DNA of 64,000 nt from Gemmatales bacterium (GTDB lineage Bacteria; Planctomycetota; Planctomycetia; Gemmatales; Gemmataceae), in contig BPJP01000002.1 of the NCBI GenBank assembly GCA_026004675.1, positions 653,335-717,334 on the forward strand. Reading direction: 5' to 3'. This document shows, piece after piece, positions 18,542-27,916 of this stretch. The notes beneath the pieces were generated by a model, which saw only the letters and a program-made list of their open reading frames with translations, was not told the origin of the DNA and searched no databases. The position numbers were made by a program, and so were the translations under genes. Numbering within the stretch: the stretch's first letter is position 1; each line of letters opens with the position of its first letter.

Positions 18542-19301
18542 TTATCCGGCGACCGCACCCAGGCTAAGCCCGCCATCCACCGTGATGACCTGCCCTGTGA
18601 TATAACCACTTTCCTCACTGGCAAGAAACACGGCGACGCGGGCGATGTCTTCTGGTTTTCCGAGCCGGCGCATGGGGATCATCTTTTTGATGATGTCCCC
18701 AGCTTTGTTTCGCACGGCTTCACTCATATCGGTCTCGATGAAGCCCGGGGCGATGGCATTCACGGTGACGTTTCGGCTGGCGAGTTCCACTGCCAAAGCA
18801 CGCGTCAAGGCGTTGATCGCGCCTTTGCTGGCCGCGTAATTGGTTTGCCCCGGGTTCACGTGTTCCGCCGCTACACTAGAAATATTGATGATTCGGCCAC
18901 GCCGCTGTTTCATCAGCGGATAGGCTACCGCTCGACAAAAGTTATAGGTACCCTCCGAGGTTGGTTTGCAACACCTTGGACCACGCCTCAGGCTCGAGGC
19001 GGATGAACAAGTCGTCATGTATGATCCCGGCATTGTTCACCAGAATGTCCAGCCGTTGCCATTCGTTCTGCACGCGTTCAACACAGTTTTGGGCGAAGTC
19101 GGCGTCGCAAACATCACCTTGCAAGGCCAGAATCGTGCCGCCATTCGACTGGACTTCCTGAACGAGTGCGTCCGCTGCTTCTTTGCTGCCTCGATAGACA
19201 AAGGCGACCCTGGCGCCTTCTCGGGCGAAGCGTTCGACGATCGCCCGTCCAATTCCACGGCTGCCACCCGTCACCAAAGCGACCTGGTCCTTCAACAACA
19301 T
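18542..19301 (-). pseudogene. 3-oxoacyl-ACP reductase (FabG-like SDR) split by an apparent frameshift (pseudogene or sequencing error)
   Basis: N-terminal half in ORF 18942..19301 (TGGSRGIGRAI…NNAGI). C-terminal half in ORF 18542..19033 (…RIINISSVAAEHVNPGQTNYAASKGAI…, YxxxK, PGFIETDM). The two frames overlap at about 18940-18960, consistent with a 1-nt indel. Confidence 0.65.
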
Positions 19302-19305
19302 ATCC

Positions 19306-19800
19306 CTACGACCCTATGCCCACGGGATTCGCTGACGTCAAAAACGCATACACGTCGCGCAGATGGTCGATGAGGCGCTGATCGACCGAAGCGCATTCAG
19401 GGCGAGTATCTTTCAAGTTATATTGAAACAACACCAGGCGAGCAGAAACGGTGGTTTGTCCGCCGACTTCGCCCTTCCCTTTCAGCGTCGCCAGGCCGCT
19501 TTCTTCTTGAGCGAGCAGGTCGACAGTGATGTGCATCTGCCGACCGGGTTCCATGAATGTGCCGTATTTAACGTTCTTCGCCTCGCGCAATACGACGAGG
19601 CTATGGCGAAAATCGTTGGTGACCCGCAGCAGCCAGCTTCCCGCCTCCACGAGTGTCTGCAACATGAGCACGCCCGGCATCACTGGAAAGGTCGGGAAAT
19701 GATCCGCCAAATACTCTTCCCCAAGTGTCAAATTCTTGACCGCCTGAACAGACTTTCCCGCCGTCATGGCGGTAATCCGATCCAGGAGGTTGAATCGCAT
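19306..19800 (-). CDS. second FabA/FabZ-like hot-dog dehydratase
   Basis: …ADHFPTFPVMPGVLMLQTLVEAGSWL… 164 aa. Confidence 0.8.
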   Translation of the reverse strand: MRFNLLDRITAMTAGKSVQAVKNLTLGEEYLADHFPTFPVMPGVLMLQTLVEAGSWLLRVTNDFRHSLVVLREAKNVKYGTFMEPGRQMHITVDLLAQEESGLATLKGKGEVGGQTTVSARLVLFQYNLKDTRPECASVDQRLIDHLRDVYAFLTSANPVGIGS

Positions 19801-20204
19801 AAGAAGAATCCTTGTTTAGGTGCCGCCAGAACTCCAACGTAAGACTACCAAGCCTCGCAAAAGCGGCAAGTATATAAGAAGCCTTCTAAACCGGCAACCT
19901 CGAACGGCTGTCACCCGCGCCACTTGTCTCTGTTGCCCAGTTTTGCAGCAGCCAAAAGAGTGCCATAGTTTTGCCGATTTGGCAATGTAGGAAAGCAAAT
20001 TTGGCCGTGTAAACTGCGGAAGACCAGACTAGCGCTGGCAATTGAAGCGAATTTGACGGCTCTTCAGCCTTTGCGTGACTGCTTTACGTGCGTGCGTCAA
20101 ATCCAGCTTGGTTCTTGAAAACCCACACAATCCCATATCATTAACATTGTGCCGATCGTAACGGTTCTTAACAGGAAAGCGGCATCCTCGCCAGAGGGAG
20201 AATC

Positions 20205-20759
20205 ATGCCCATTGACGAGAAAGACATTAAATGGGTGCAAGAACCCCGAATGGGATTCAAAGAACAACTCTATTTGCCGGCCATTCTGGAAGGGGTCAAG
20301 ACCACGATGAGGCACATGTTCGGCCCGAAGGTTACGGTCGAATATCCCGAACAGGAGCCAAATATCCCGCCGAATTATCGAGGCGTACACCGTCTGAATC
20401 GAGATGAACAGGGTCGTGTCCGCTGTGTCGCTTGTTACATGTGCGCAACGGCTTGCCCGGCTCATTGCATTGATATCGTTGCCGCCGAATCCCCCTGGCC
20501 CGACCGCGAAAAATACCCTGAGACATTTGTCATTGACGAACTGCGCTGTATTTATTGTGGCATGTGCGAGGAAGCCTGCCCGGTTGATGCCATCGAGTTG
20601 ACATCGCTTTATGACTTAACGGGGCTGAGCCGCGAAGAAATGATGTTCGACAAGGAAAAATTGCTTAGCGTCTTTGACTATACCTTGAAAACAGGCAAGG
20701 ATCCGGTTCGAACCAAGGCTGGTCGGCTTGGTCCGGCGTCCGATTTGCCGGACTCCTAG
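20205..20759 (+). CDS. nuoI: NADH-quinone oxidoreductase subunit I (2x[4Fe-4S] ferredoxin)
   Basis: Two CxxCxxCxxxCP motifs (CVACYMCATACPAHC, CIYCGMCEEACPVDA). RBS GGAG at 20188-20191. Confidence 0.85.
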   Translation: MPIDEKDIKWVQEPRMGFKEQLYLPAILEGVKTTMRHMFGPKVTVEYPEQEPNIPPNYRGVHRLNRDEQGRVRCVACYMCATACPAHCIDIVAAESPWPDREKYPETFVIDELRCIYCGMCEEACPVDAIELTSLYDLTGLSREEMMFDKEKLLSVFDYTLKTGKDPVRTKAGRLGPASDLPDS

Positions 20760-20810
20760 CCAATACTAACCACCATTCCGATCGTTGACGCGACAGGAAA
20801 CGCCAACAAC

Positions 20811-21875
20811 ATGGTAGCAGGGCAAACGACAACCGTGTCCGGACCGCCTGGGTTTCTGCCGGTGTTACTTCCCATTGGGCTGGGACTGGTCGGCGTCTAC
20901 TACTTGTTGCCAAAGCCCAAAGGTTATCCTCTGTGGGCAGGAGTCGTTTGTTCGGCAGCTGCCATCATCAGCGCTGGCGCGCTTCTGGTCCGCTACGATG
21001 TCCTTACGCCGGAGGTCCTCCTCTTTCTGACATTTTCGGCTTTGGCGATTATTTCCGGCGGCCTGCTGATCACGCTACGCAACCCAGTCCGGGCTGCCTT
21101 GTCGTTTGCGCTGGTAATTCTTAGTACGTGCGGCCTGTTTCTTTTGCAAGCCGCACCGTTTCTGACGGCAGCCACCATCATCGTCTATGCTGGGGCGATC
21201 ATTGTCACGTTCCTTTTTGTCATCATGTTGGCGCAGCAAGAAGGACTCTCAGATGCAGATCGGCGGTCGCGTGAACCGATGCTCTCAGCGGTTGCCGGAT
21301 TCGTCCTGCTGGCAGCCTTGTTGTACGTACTGGTCTTGAACTATGACACACGCCGCCTGGACCAGATCCTTGCGGAAATCCGCCTGGCGCAGCAAAAAGA
21401 GACCGTCGCCGAGATCGAAAAGGTCCTGGGCGATGAAATCGAAGATGGCTTTTCCAAAAAGCTGGAAACCATTTCCATCGCGCCGGAAGGATCGGATCGG
21501 CCTTTGCCCTTGATGGAGCGGATCAACACCAACGATTTTATGTTCGATTTGGAATGGATGCGTGCCAAGGCGATGGGTGTGGCAGAGATGAAAAAAGTGC
21601 TCGGCGAGTTGGCGGCGCGGATTGAGCGGATCCGAAATATGCAGGGACAATTGCAACCGGCGAAGGAAAGGCCCTTGAGTTCGTTCAGCGGTCGGCCGGC
21701 TAATCAGCAGGCAAGCTCTGGTGCCGGTCGAAAAGAGTCGATTGACACAGTGGCACTTCTTGGTCGATCTCTTGTGACCGATTATCTGTTTTCTGTCGAG
21801 CTAGCCGGTGTTTTGCTGCTGGTGGCAGTTGTGGGTGCCATCGTCATCGCAGGTCGGCAGGAGGGGATGCCATGA
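20811..21875 (+). CDS. nuoJ: NADH-quinone oxidoreductase subunit J with a large hydrophilic insertion
   Basis: Hydrophobic N-terminal helices, a C-terminal TM (ELAGVLLLVAVVGAIVIAGRQEG) and conserved operon position between nuoI and nuoK. 354 aa against the typical about 170-200 aa. Confidence 0.7.
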   Translation: MVAGQTTTVSGPPGFLPVLLPIGLGLVGVYYLLPKPKGYPLWAGVVCSAAAIISAGALLVRYDVLTPEVLLFLTFSALAIISGGLLITLRNPVRAALSFALVILSTCGLFLLQAAPFLTAATIIVYAGAIIVTFLFVIMLAQQEGLSDADRRSREPMLSAVAGFVLLAALLYVLVLNYDTRRLDQILAEIRLAQQKETVAEIEKVLGDEIEDGFSKKLETISIAPEGSDRPLPLMERINTNDFMFDLEWMRAKAMGVAEMKKVLGELAARIERIRNMQGQLQPAKERPLSSFSGRPANQQASSGAGRKESIDTVALLGRSLVTDYLFSVELAGVLLLVAVVGAIVIAGRQEGMP

Positions 21876-22291
21876 ATCCCGTTGCTGCCCTCAATAACTA
21901 CTTGATGGTCGGTGCCGTCTTGTTCGCGTTAGGCGTGATCGGATTCTTGTCGCGGCGCAATTTGATCATCATGTTTTTGTCGGCGGAAATGATGCTGCAG
22001 GGAGTGGCCCTCAACATGGTGGCCTTCGCCCGATATCGGGGAAACGTGCAAGGACAGGCGTTTGTCTTGTTCATGCTCACCGTCGCCGCTTGCGAGGCGG
22101 CCATCGCCCTTTCGTTGTTCATGGTGCTATACCGGCATCGGCATACGCTCGATGTCAGTGTCTGGCAGGAATTGCGCGAAGCGGATCAGGATCCGATCGT
22201 GGATGACGAGCCGTTGCCACCACTGGAACCGGAAGAACCTTTGCCTCATTTGACTCCTGCTGGGCGTGAGCCGGAACATGCACCCAGTTGA
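21872..22291 (+). CDS. nuoK: NADH-quinone oxidoreductase subunit K with acidic C-terminal extension
   Basis: Three-TM core (…FLSAEMMLQGVALNMVAF…CEAAIALSLFMVLYR). Start overlaps the nuoJ stop. Confidence 0.8.
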   Translation: MNPVAALNNYLMVGAVLFALGVIGFLSRRNLIIMFLSAEMMLQGVALNMVAFARYRGNVQGQAFVLFMLTVAACEAAIALSLFMVLYRHRHTLDVSVWQELREADQDPIVDDEPLPPLEPEEPLPHLTPAGREPEHAPS

Positions 22292-22340
22292 AAGCGATAG
22301 CCAGGTCGCTGCCCGAACTGCGAGGAAGTGTTAAACAGCC

Positions 22341-24272
22341 ATGGCCGATTACTTGTGGCTCATTCCGTGCCTGCCCCTCTTGGCGAGCATCGTAATCGCC
22401 TTTGCAGGGCCGCGCTGGCTTCGCGGCCAAAGCCATTGGCCGTGTCTTCTTGCCGTCGCCGCCGCCTGCTTTTTGTCGATGCTGGTCGCGGGGGAAATCA
22501 TTTCCCAGGAGCAAGGTGACGCCACCCTGAAGACCTACTATTCGTGGGTTCAAAGTGGCAAACTTGATGTGGGAATGACATTACGTGCTGATGCCCTGTC
22601 GGCCATTATGCTCGTCACAGTCACCTTTGTTGGCACATTGATTGCGATCTATTCCGCCGGTTACATGCATGGCGATCCGGGATATCCGCGGTTTTTTGCT
22701 TGCGTAGCTTTGTTTATCTTTTGCATGACCGGCCTGGTGATGGCCGACAATTTCGTTCTGCTCTACGCCGGCTGGGAAGGGGTCGGCGTATGCAGCTACC
22801 TGCTGATCGGTTTCTGGTTTCAAAGGCCATCGGCTGCGGCCGCCGCCCGCAAGGCATTTCTAGTCAACCGGATCGGTGACTTCGGCTTCATGCTGGGCAT
22901 ATTGCTCTTGTGGTCGCAGTTCGGGTTCCGCCTTGATTATCAGAGTGTTTTTGACCGAGCCGATACGCTGGCGGGAACGTCCACATTGACAGCTATTTGC
23001 CTGCTGTTGTTCTGTGGCGCCGTGGGAAAATCCGCTCAGTTTCCCTTGCATGTGTGGTTGGCCGACGCCATGGAAGGCCCCTCTCCAGTAAGTGCCCTGA
23101 TCCACGCTGCGACCATGGTCACCGCAGGCGTCTATATGGTCGCACGTTGCATGCCGCTCTATCAATTGGCGCCTGATGCACTTCTCGCTGTCGCCGGAAT
23201 TGGCGCCTTCACAGCCATGCTGGCGGCCCTGATCGCTTTGACGCAAACCGACCTGAAGCGGGTTCTGGCCTATTCGACCATGAGTCAGCTGGGCTATATG
23301 TTTCTGGCATTAGGCAGTGCCGCTCATCCCACGATTACCTACGCTGCTGTCCTGGCGGCGATCTTCCACCTGTTCACCCATGCCTTTTTCAAAGCTCTCT
23401 TGTTCCTTGCCGCAGGTAGCGTCATGCACGCGATGGGCGACGTCATCGACATGCGTCGCTTCAGCGGCTTGCGCCGTCTCTTGCCAACGACGCATTGGAC
23501 ATTCCTCATGGGTGCCTTGGCGCTCTCCGGATTCCCGCTCTGGTCAGGATTTTGGAGCAAAGACGAAATCTTGGGCGTCGCTCTGGAAGCGTCCAAAAAG
23601 GGAGTGTTTCCGACCTATTACATGATCTTTTTCATGGCTGGCGTCATCACTGCGGCTTTGACCGCATTTTATACTTTTCGCGCCTATTTTTTGACGTTCT
23701 GGGGCGAAGAACGCATCCCCCCCGAGGCTGGCGAACATGCCCACGAATCCCCTCCGATCATGACTGTGCCGTTAGTGATCCTTGCGGTTTTAGCAGCTGG
23801 CATCGGTTTGGTGGCACAACCATTGACCGGCTGGTTCGGCGACCTGCTGGCAAAAACTCCCGGCCTTCACGAGCATCCGCATCATGCCAACATAATCGTG
23901 ATGTTGGGCAGCAGTTTGTTCGCCATCGCCGGTATCGCCCTGGCCTATTGGATGTATGTCAAGGAACCGAAAACCGCCGACGAGCTGGCAGACAGTGTTC
24001 CCGGTCTCTACGATGCGTCGCGGAACAAATTCTATCTGGATGAAGCATATTACAACGGGATTGTTCGGCCTGCCCATGCTACGTCGGTTGTTTGCCGAAT
24101 CTTCGACTTGTACATTCTCGATGGTTTGATCGATCTTTTGGCCCATGGAGCGCGCTGGCTGGGTCAACTTTTTCGCCCCATCCAAAACGGCCTGGTCCAG
24201 TTTTACGCCCTGGCCATGGTGTTGGGGCTGGGAGTTTTCCTGATTTCGCTGGTTTGGGCTTTGGGAGGTTGA
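22341..24272 (+). CDS. nuoL: NADH-quinone oxidoreductase subunit L
   Basis: LHVWLADAMEGPSPVSALIHAATMVTAGVYM motif. 643 aa antiporter-like subunit with C-terminal lateral helix region. Confidence 0.9.
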   Translation: MADYLWLIPCLPLLASIVIAFAGPRWLRGQSHWPCLLAVAAACFLSMLVAGEIISQEQGDATLKTYYSWVQSGKLDVGMTLRADALSAIMLVTVTFVGTLIAIYSAGYMHGDPGYPRFFACVALFIFCMTGLVMADNFVLLYAGWEGVGVCSYLLIGFWFQRPSAAAAARKAFLVNRIGDFGFMLGILLLWSQFGFRLDYQSVFDRADTLAGTSTLTAICLLLFCGAVGKSAQFPLHVWLADAMEGPSPVSALIHAATMVTAGVYMVARCMPLYQLAPDALLAVAGIGAFTAMLAALIALTQTDLKRVLAYSTMSQLGYMFLALGSAAHPTITYAAVLAAIFHLFTHAFFKALLFLAAGSVMHAMGDVIDMRRFSGLRRLLPTTHWTFLMGALALSGFPLWSGFWSKDEILGVALEASKKGVFPTYYMIFFMAGVITAALTAFYTFRAYFLTFWGEERIPPEAGEHAHESPPIMTVPLVILAVLAAGIGLVAQPLTGWFGDLLAKTPGLHEHPHHANIIVMLGSSLFAIAGIALAYWMYVKEPKTADELADSVPGLYDASRNKFYLDEAYYNGIVRPAHATSVVCRIFDLYILDGLIDLLAHGARWLGQLFRPIQNGLVQFYALAMVLGLGVFLISLVWALGG

Positions 24273-24278
24273 TGCTCC

Positions 24279-25853
24279 GTGCCAAACCCCATCATCGATG
24301 CGCTGAAAAACATTTATCCGCTCGCGGTCCCCGAGATCGCGCTCATCGCGCTAGCGTGTCTTCTCTATTTGGCAGGTACCTGGCGACGCGACCGGGATTT
24401 GTGGGGAACGGTGGCCCTCGTCGCTCTGGCTTCGGTTGGCGTCGTTTTGTGGTACACCGTTCCGACTCGACCGCCGACTGCAGCTGAGGTTTATGCCGCG
24501 CCGATCATCCTTGATCGTCTAGCTTTGCTGACCAAGGTCATCACCCTGATTGGCGGCGCTATCCTTGTCATTTTCACGTGGTACGACATCTCCGATAAAC
24601 TCGCTGCGGAATTCTACGGCTGTATGCTGTTGATCCTTGCCGGTATCGGTTTGACGGCGATGTCCAACGATCTTATCGCTCTGTTTCTCTCGCTCGAATT
24701 GATCAGCATCCCGACGTACGTCATGCTTTACATCCCACGGCGAGATGATCTGGGAAGGGAGGCTGCCACGAAGTATTTTCTGCTGAGTGTGTTTTCTTCC
24801 GGAATCCTTTTGTTCGGTTTCAGCTATCTTTATGGCATCGCGGGCAGCACCAATCTCTCCGCCATCATGGACGCCCTTCGCTCGACGCAAGGGGTCGATT
24901 TACCGGTTCTTGTCCTTGTCGCGCTGGTGATGGTGGTTGCCGGTCTCGGGTTCAAGATCACAGCGGTTCCGTTTCATTTCTATGCTCCCGATGTCTACCA
25001 GGGAACGACGGCATCGATGGCAGCGCTTCTCGCATTTTTGCCCAAGGTTGCGGGCTTTGTCGCTCTGGCCAGGGTTCTGGGGTTCGTCGTGCCCGCTGGG
25101 CCGGCTGCCATCGCCTTCGGCCCACATTTGCCCAAACTGCTTTGGATTGTCGCCGCAGTGACCATGACACTTGGCAACGTTCTGGCTCTTTTGCAAACCA
25201 ACTTGAAGCGGCTGCTAGCCTATTCCAGCATTGCCCACGCCGGCTACATGCTCATGGGATTGACCGTTGCTCAAAGTCTGGAAGCAACAAATTCGAACGT
25301 TCCCGGGGGAGTTGAGGCGATCATGTTTTACTTGGTGGCGTACGGCGGGATGACCATCGGCGCTTTTGCCGTTTTCTCTTACCTGAGCACGCCCGAGCGC
25401 GAAGTCGAAATGGAAGACGATCTTGCGGGACTCGGTGTCAGCCATCCGGGCGTCGCCCTTTTGATGACTTTGTTCTTGTTCAGCCTGATCGGCGTGCCGC
25501 TGACGGCAGGTTTCGTGGGTAAAATGATGCTGTTTTTTGGAGCTCTGTCAGGCAAAGGCGACAGCGGCGTACTCTTTCGCTGGCTGGCAGCGATTATGGC
25601 CGTCAATGCCGCCATTGGCGCGTGGTACTACCTGCGGATCATTGCCAAGATGTACTTGCATCGGCCCGTCAAGCCGTTGCCGAAAACGAAAGCCCTCCCC
25701 AAATTAATGACACTCTGGTCGTGTGCTCTCGTGACCCTTGTCTTTGGCATTTATCCCAAGCCTCTGGTTGATCTGGCAGCCCGAACGACGCCGAGATTAG
25801 CAAGCAACCAATCGGTCGCCAAAGCGTCCCCGCACACTGCAATAAACCCATAG
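24279..25853 (+). CDS. nuoN: NADH-quinone oxidoreductase subunit N (antiporter-like)
   Basis: FHFYAPDVYQGTTASMAALLAF motif is characteristic of NuoN rather than NuoM. Start lies 7 nt after the nuoL stop. Confidence 0.7.
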   Translation: MPNPIIDALKNIYPLAVPEIALIALACLLYLAGTWRRDRDLWGTVALVALASVGVVLWYTVPTRPPTAAEVYAAPIILDRLALLTKVITLIGGAILVIFTWYDISDKLAAEFYGCMLLILAGIGLTAMSNDLIALFLSLELISIPTYVMLYIPRRDDLGREAATKYFLLSVFSSGILLFGFSYLYGIAGSTNLSAIMDALRSTQGVDLPVLVLVALVMVVAGLGFKITAVPFHFYAPDVYQGTTASMAALLAFLPKVAGFVALARVLGFVVPAGPAAIAFGPHLPKLLWIVAAVTMTLGNVLALLQTNLKRLLAYSSIAHAGYMLMGLTVAQSLEATNSNVPGGVEAIMFYLVAYGGMTIGAFAVFSYLSTPEREVEMEDDLAGLGVSHPGVALLMTLFLFSLIGVPLTAGFVGKMMLFFGALSGKGDSGVLFRWLAAIMAVNAAIGAWYYLRIIAKMYLHRPVKPLPKTKALPKLMTLWSCALVTLVFGIYPKPLVDLAARTTPRLASNQSVAKASPHTAINP

Positions 25854-25888
25854 GATGTCGAACCGTCTGGAAGCAAAGAGGTACTCCG

Positions 25889-26800
25889 ATGAACGTTGAC
25901 TGGCACGGTGTGTTTCCGGCTGCGTGCACGCACTTTCGCGCTGATGAATCCCTCGATCTGGAGGCGACCATGCGCCATCTCGATGTGATGATCGATGCGG
26001 GCGTGCACGGGTTGATTCTCTTGGGTACAGTCGGTGAAAACTGTTCACTCGAATATTCCGAAAAATTGGAATTGTTACGTACCGCGGTCGCTCATGTGAG
26101 AGGACGTGTTCCGGTTCTGACCGGTGTTGCTGAATGCACGACCCGTCTTGCCTGTCGCTTTGCCAGCGACGCAGAAAAAACAGGCGTGGATGGCTTGATG
26201 GTCTTGCCCGGCATGGTTTACAAGTCGGCAGCGGCGGAAACGGTCGCTCATTTCCGTGCCGTAGCGAGGGCAACAACGTTGCCGATCCTCTGCTACAACA
26301 ACCCTGTATCCTACGGAGTCGATATCACGCCAGAAATGTTCCGCGACCTGGCCGATGAAGAGAATCTCGTAGCCATCAAGGAATCATCGGAAAACGTTCG
26401 CCGCGTGACCGATCTGGTGAATCTGCTTGGCGACCGCTACCGGATTTTCTGTGGCGTGGACGATCTCGTGCTGGAAAGCGTTTTGCTTGGTGCTGTCGGT
26501 TGGGTCGCGGGATTGGTCAATGCTTTTCCGGCGCAAAGCTGCCAGCTCTGGGAACTGGCGACAGCCGGTCGCTGGGAAGAAGCACGGGCCATCTATCGCT
26601 GGTTCACGCCACTATTGCATCTGGATACCTATCCCAAGCTCGTTCAATACATCAAGCTGGCAGTCCAGGAATGTGGTCTCGGTTCGGAAATGGTACGGGC
26701 ACCTCGATTACCCGTATCTGGCGAAGAGCGCGAATGGGTTCTTGGCATTATTCGCCGGGGCATTGAAAGCTGCCCCAACATTCCCGTAACCGTCTCGTAG
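25889..26800 (+). CDS. dihydrodipicolinate synthase / N-acetylneuraminate lyase family protein (class I aldolase/dehydratase)
   Basis: DapA-family N-terminus (…[20 protein letters not shown]…[17 protein letters not shown]…) with TIM-barrel Schiff-base lyase architecture. 303 aa. Confidence 0.75.
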   Translation: MNVDWHGVFPAACTHFRADESLDLEATMRHLDVMIDAGVHGLILLGTVGENCSLEYSEKLELLRTAVAHVRGRVPVLTGVAECTTRLACRFASDAEKTGVDGLMVLPGMVYKSAAAETVAHFRAVARATTLPILCYNNPVSYGVDITPEMFRDLADEENLVAIKESSENVRRVTDLVNLLGDRYRIFCGVDDLVLESVLLGAVGWVAGLVNAFPAQSCQLWELATAGRWEEARAIYRWFTPLLHLDTYPKLVQYIKLAVQECGLGSEMVRAPRLPVSGEEREWVLGIIRRGIESCPNIPVTVS

Positions 26801-26801
26801 A

Positions 26802-27911
26802 ATGGTCATGCGAATCAGCAAAATTTCAGCCTATCGCGTCGAATTGCCACTTCATGAAGGGAGTTATAAGTGGTCCGGAGGCAAATCGGTCGATGTTTTC
26901 GATAGCACCATTGTCCGAATTGAAACGGACGAAGGTGTGGAAGGCTTCGGCGAAGCGTGCCCGTTGGGACCGTACTATCTGCCGGCTTATGCCAGCGGTG
27001 TCCGCGCTGGCGTCGCGGAGTTGGCACCTCATCTTTTAGGCGAAGACCCATTACAACTTGGAAAACTCAACGTTCTCATGGACGCTGCCCTTAAAGGGCA
27101 CGCCTACGTCAAGTCGGCAATCGACATCGCCTGCTGGGACATTCTGGGGAAAGTCGCCGGGCAACCGGTTTGCCATCTCCTGGGAGGGCGCTATGGCGAA
27201 GACTTCGTCCTCTATCGCGCCATTTCGCAGGAAAGTCCCGAAGCTATGGCTCAGCGTGTTGCCGACTATCGCCAGCAAGGCTATCGCCGCTTCCAGTTAA
27301 AGGTGGGTGGCGATCCGGACACGGACATCGAACGTATTCGCGCCGTTGCTGCTGTTTTGCAGCCTGGAGACAGACTTGTCGCCGACGCCAATACCGGCTG
27401 GCTCCCCCACGAAGCCATGCGTGTGATCCGCGGCGTTCGCGACATCGATGTCTATATCGAGCAGCCCTGTTTGACATACGAAGAATGTTTGAACATCCGC
27501 CGACATTGCGATCATCCTTTTGTGTTGGACGAAGTCATCGATGGCGTGGATGTTCTTTTGCGCGGCCGAAATGACCTGGCCATGGACGTGGTCAACATCA
27601 AGATCAGCAAGTTCGGCGGCTTGACCAAAGCCCGGCAAGCGAGGGACCTCTGTGCCTCTCTTGGCATCGCCATGACGATCGAAGACAGTTGGGGTGGCGA
27701 TATCGCGACGGCAGCGATCGCTCACCTCGCCCACAGCACACCGACGCCGTTATTGTTTTCTTCCACCGATTTCAATAGCTACGTGACAGTCAGCACGGCC
27801 GAAGGAGCGCCCAAACGGATTCATGGTCGACTGGCCGCCTCGCTTTCGCCCGGTTTGGGAATCCGCCCGCGAATGGAGGTTCTCGGAAAACCCGTTATCG
27901 AAGTCTCTTAA
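26802..27911 (+). CDS. enolase-superfamily enzyme (mandelate racemase / muconate lactonizing enzyme family)
   Basis: Capping domain followed by barrel motifs (RFQLKVGG…, DANTGW, metal-binding D/E/D context). Start lies 2 nt after the DapA-like stop, so the two are co-transcribed. Confidence 0.75.
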   Translation: MVMRISKISAYRVELPLHEGSYKWSGGKSVDVFDSTIVRIETDEGVEGFGEACPLGPYYLPAYASGVRAGVAELAPHLLGEDPLQLGKLNVLMDAALKGHAYVKSAIDIACWDILGKVAGQPVCHLLGGRYGEDFVLYRAISQESPEAMAQRVADYRQQGYRRFQLKVGGDPDTDIERIRAVAAVLQPGDRLVADANTGWLPHEAMRVIRGVRDIDVYIEQPCLTYEECLNIRRHCDHPFVLDEVIDGVDVLLRGRNDLAMDVVNIKISKFGGLTKARQARDLCASLGIAMTIEDSWGGDIATAAIAHLAHSTPTPLLFSSTDFNSYVTVSTAEGAPKRIHGRLAASLSPGLGIRPRMEVLGKPVIEVS

Positions 27912-27916
27912 CAGTC

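Noticed and set aside
19801-20204. Possible tRNA or CRISPR-like element in the 400-bp gap before nuoI (GGTTCTTGAAAACC resembles a T-arm)
   Set aside because: No acceptor-stem or anticodon-arm complementarity could be built around it. No repeated spacer-repeat periodicity. Treated as an ordinary promoter-containing intergenic region.
24279-25853. Calling the last nuo gene nuoM
   Set aside because: The conserved proton-channel motif reads FHFYAPDVYQG (NuoN-type) rather than the NuoM-type LHTWLPDAH. The N-terminus also resembles NuoN. Retained as nuoN with moderate confidence.
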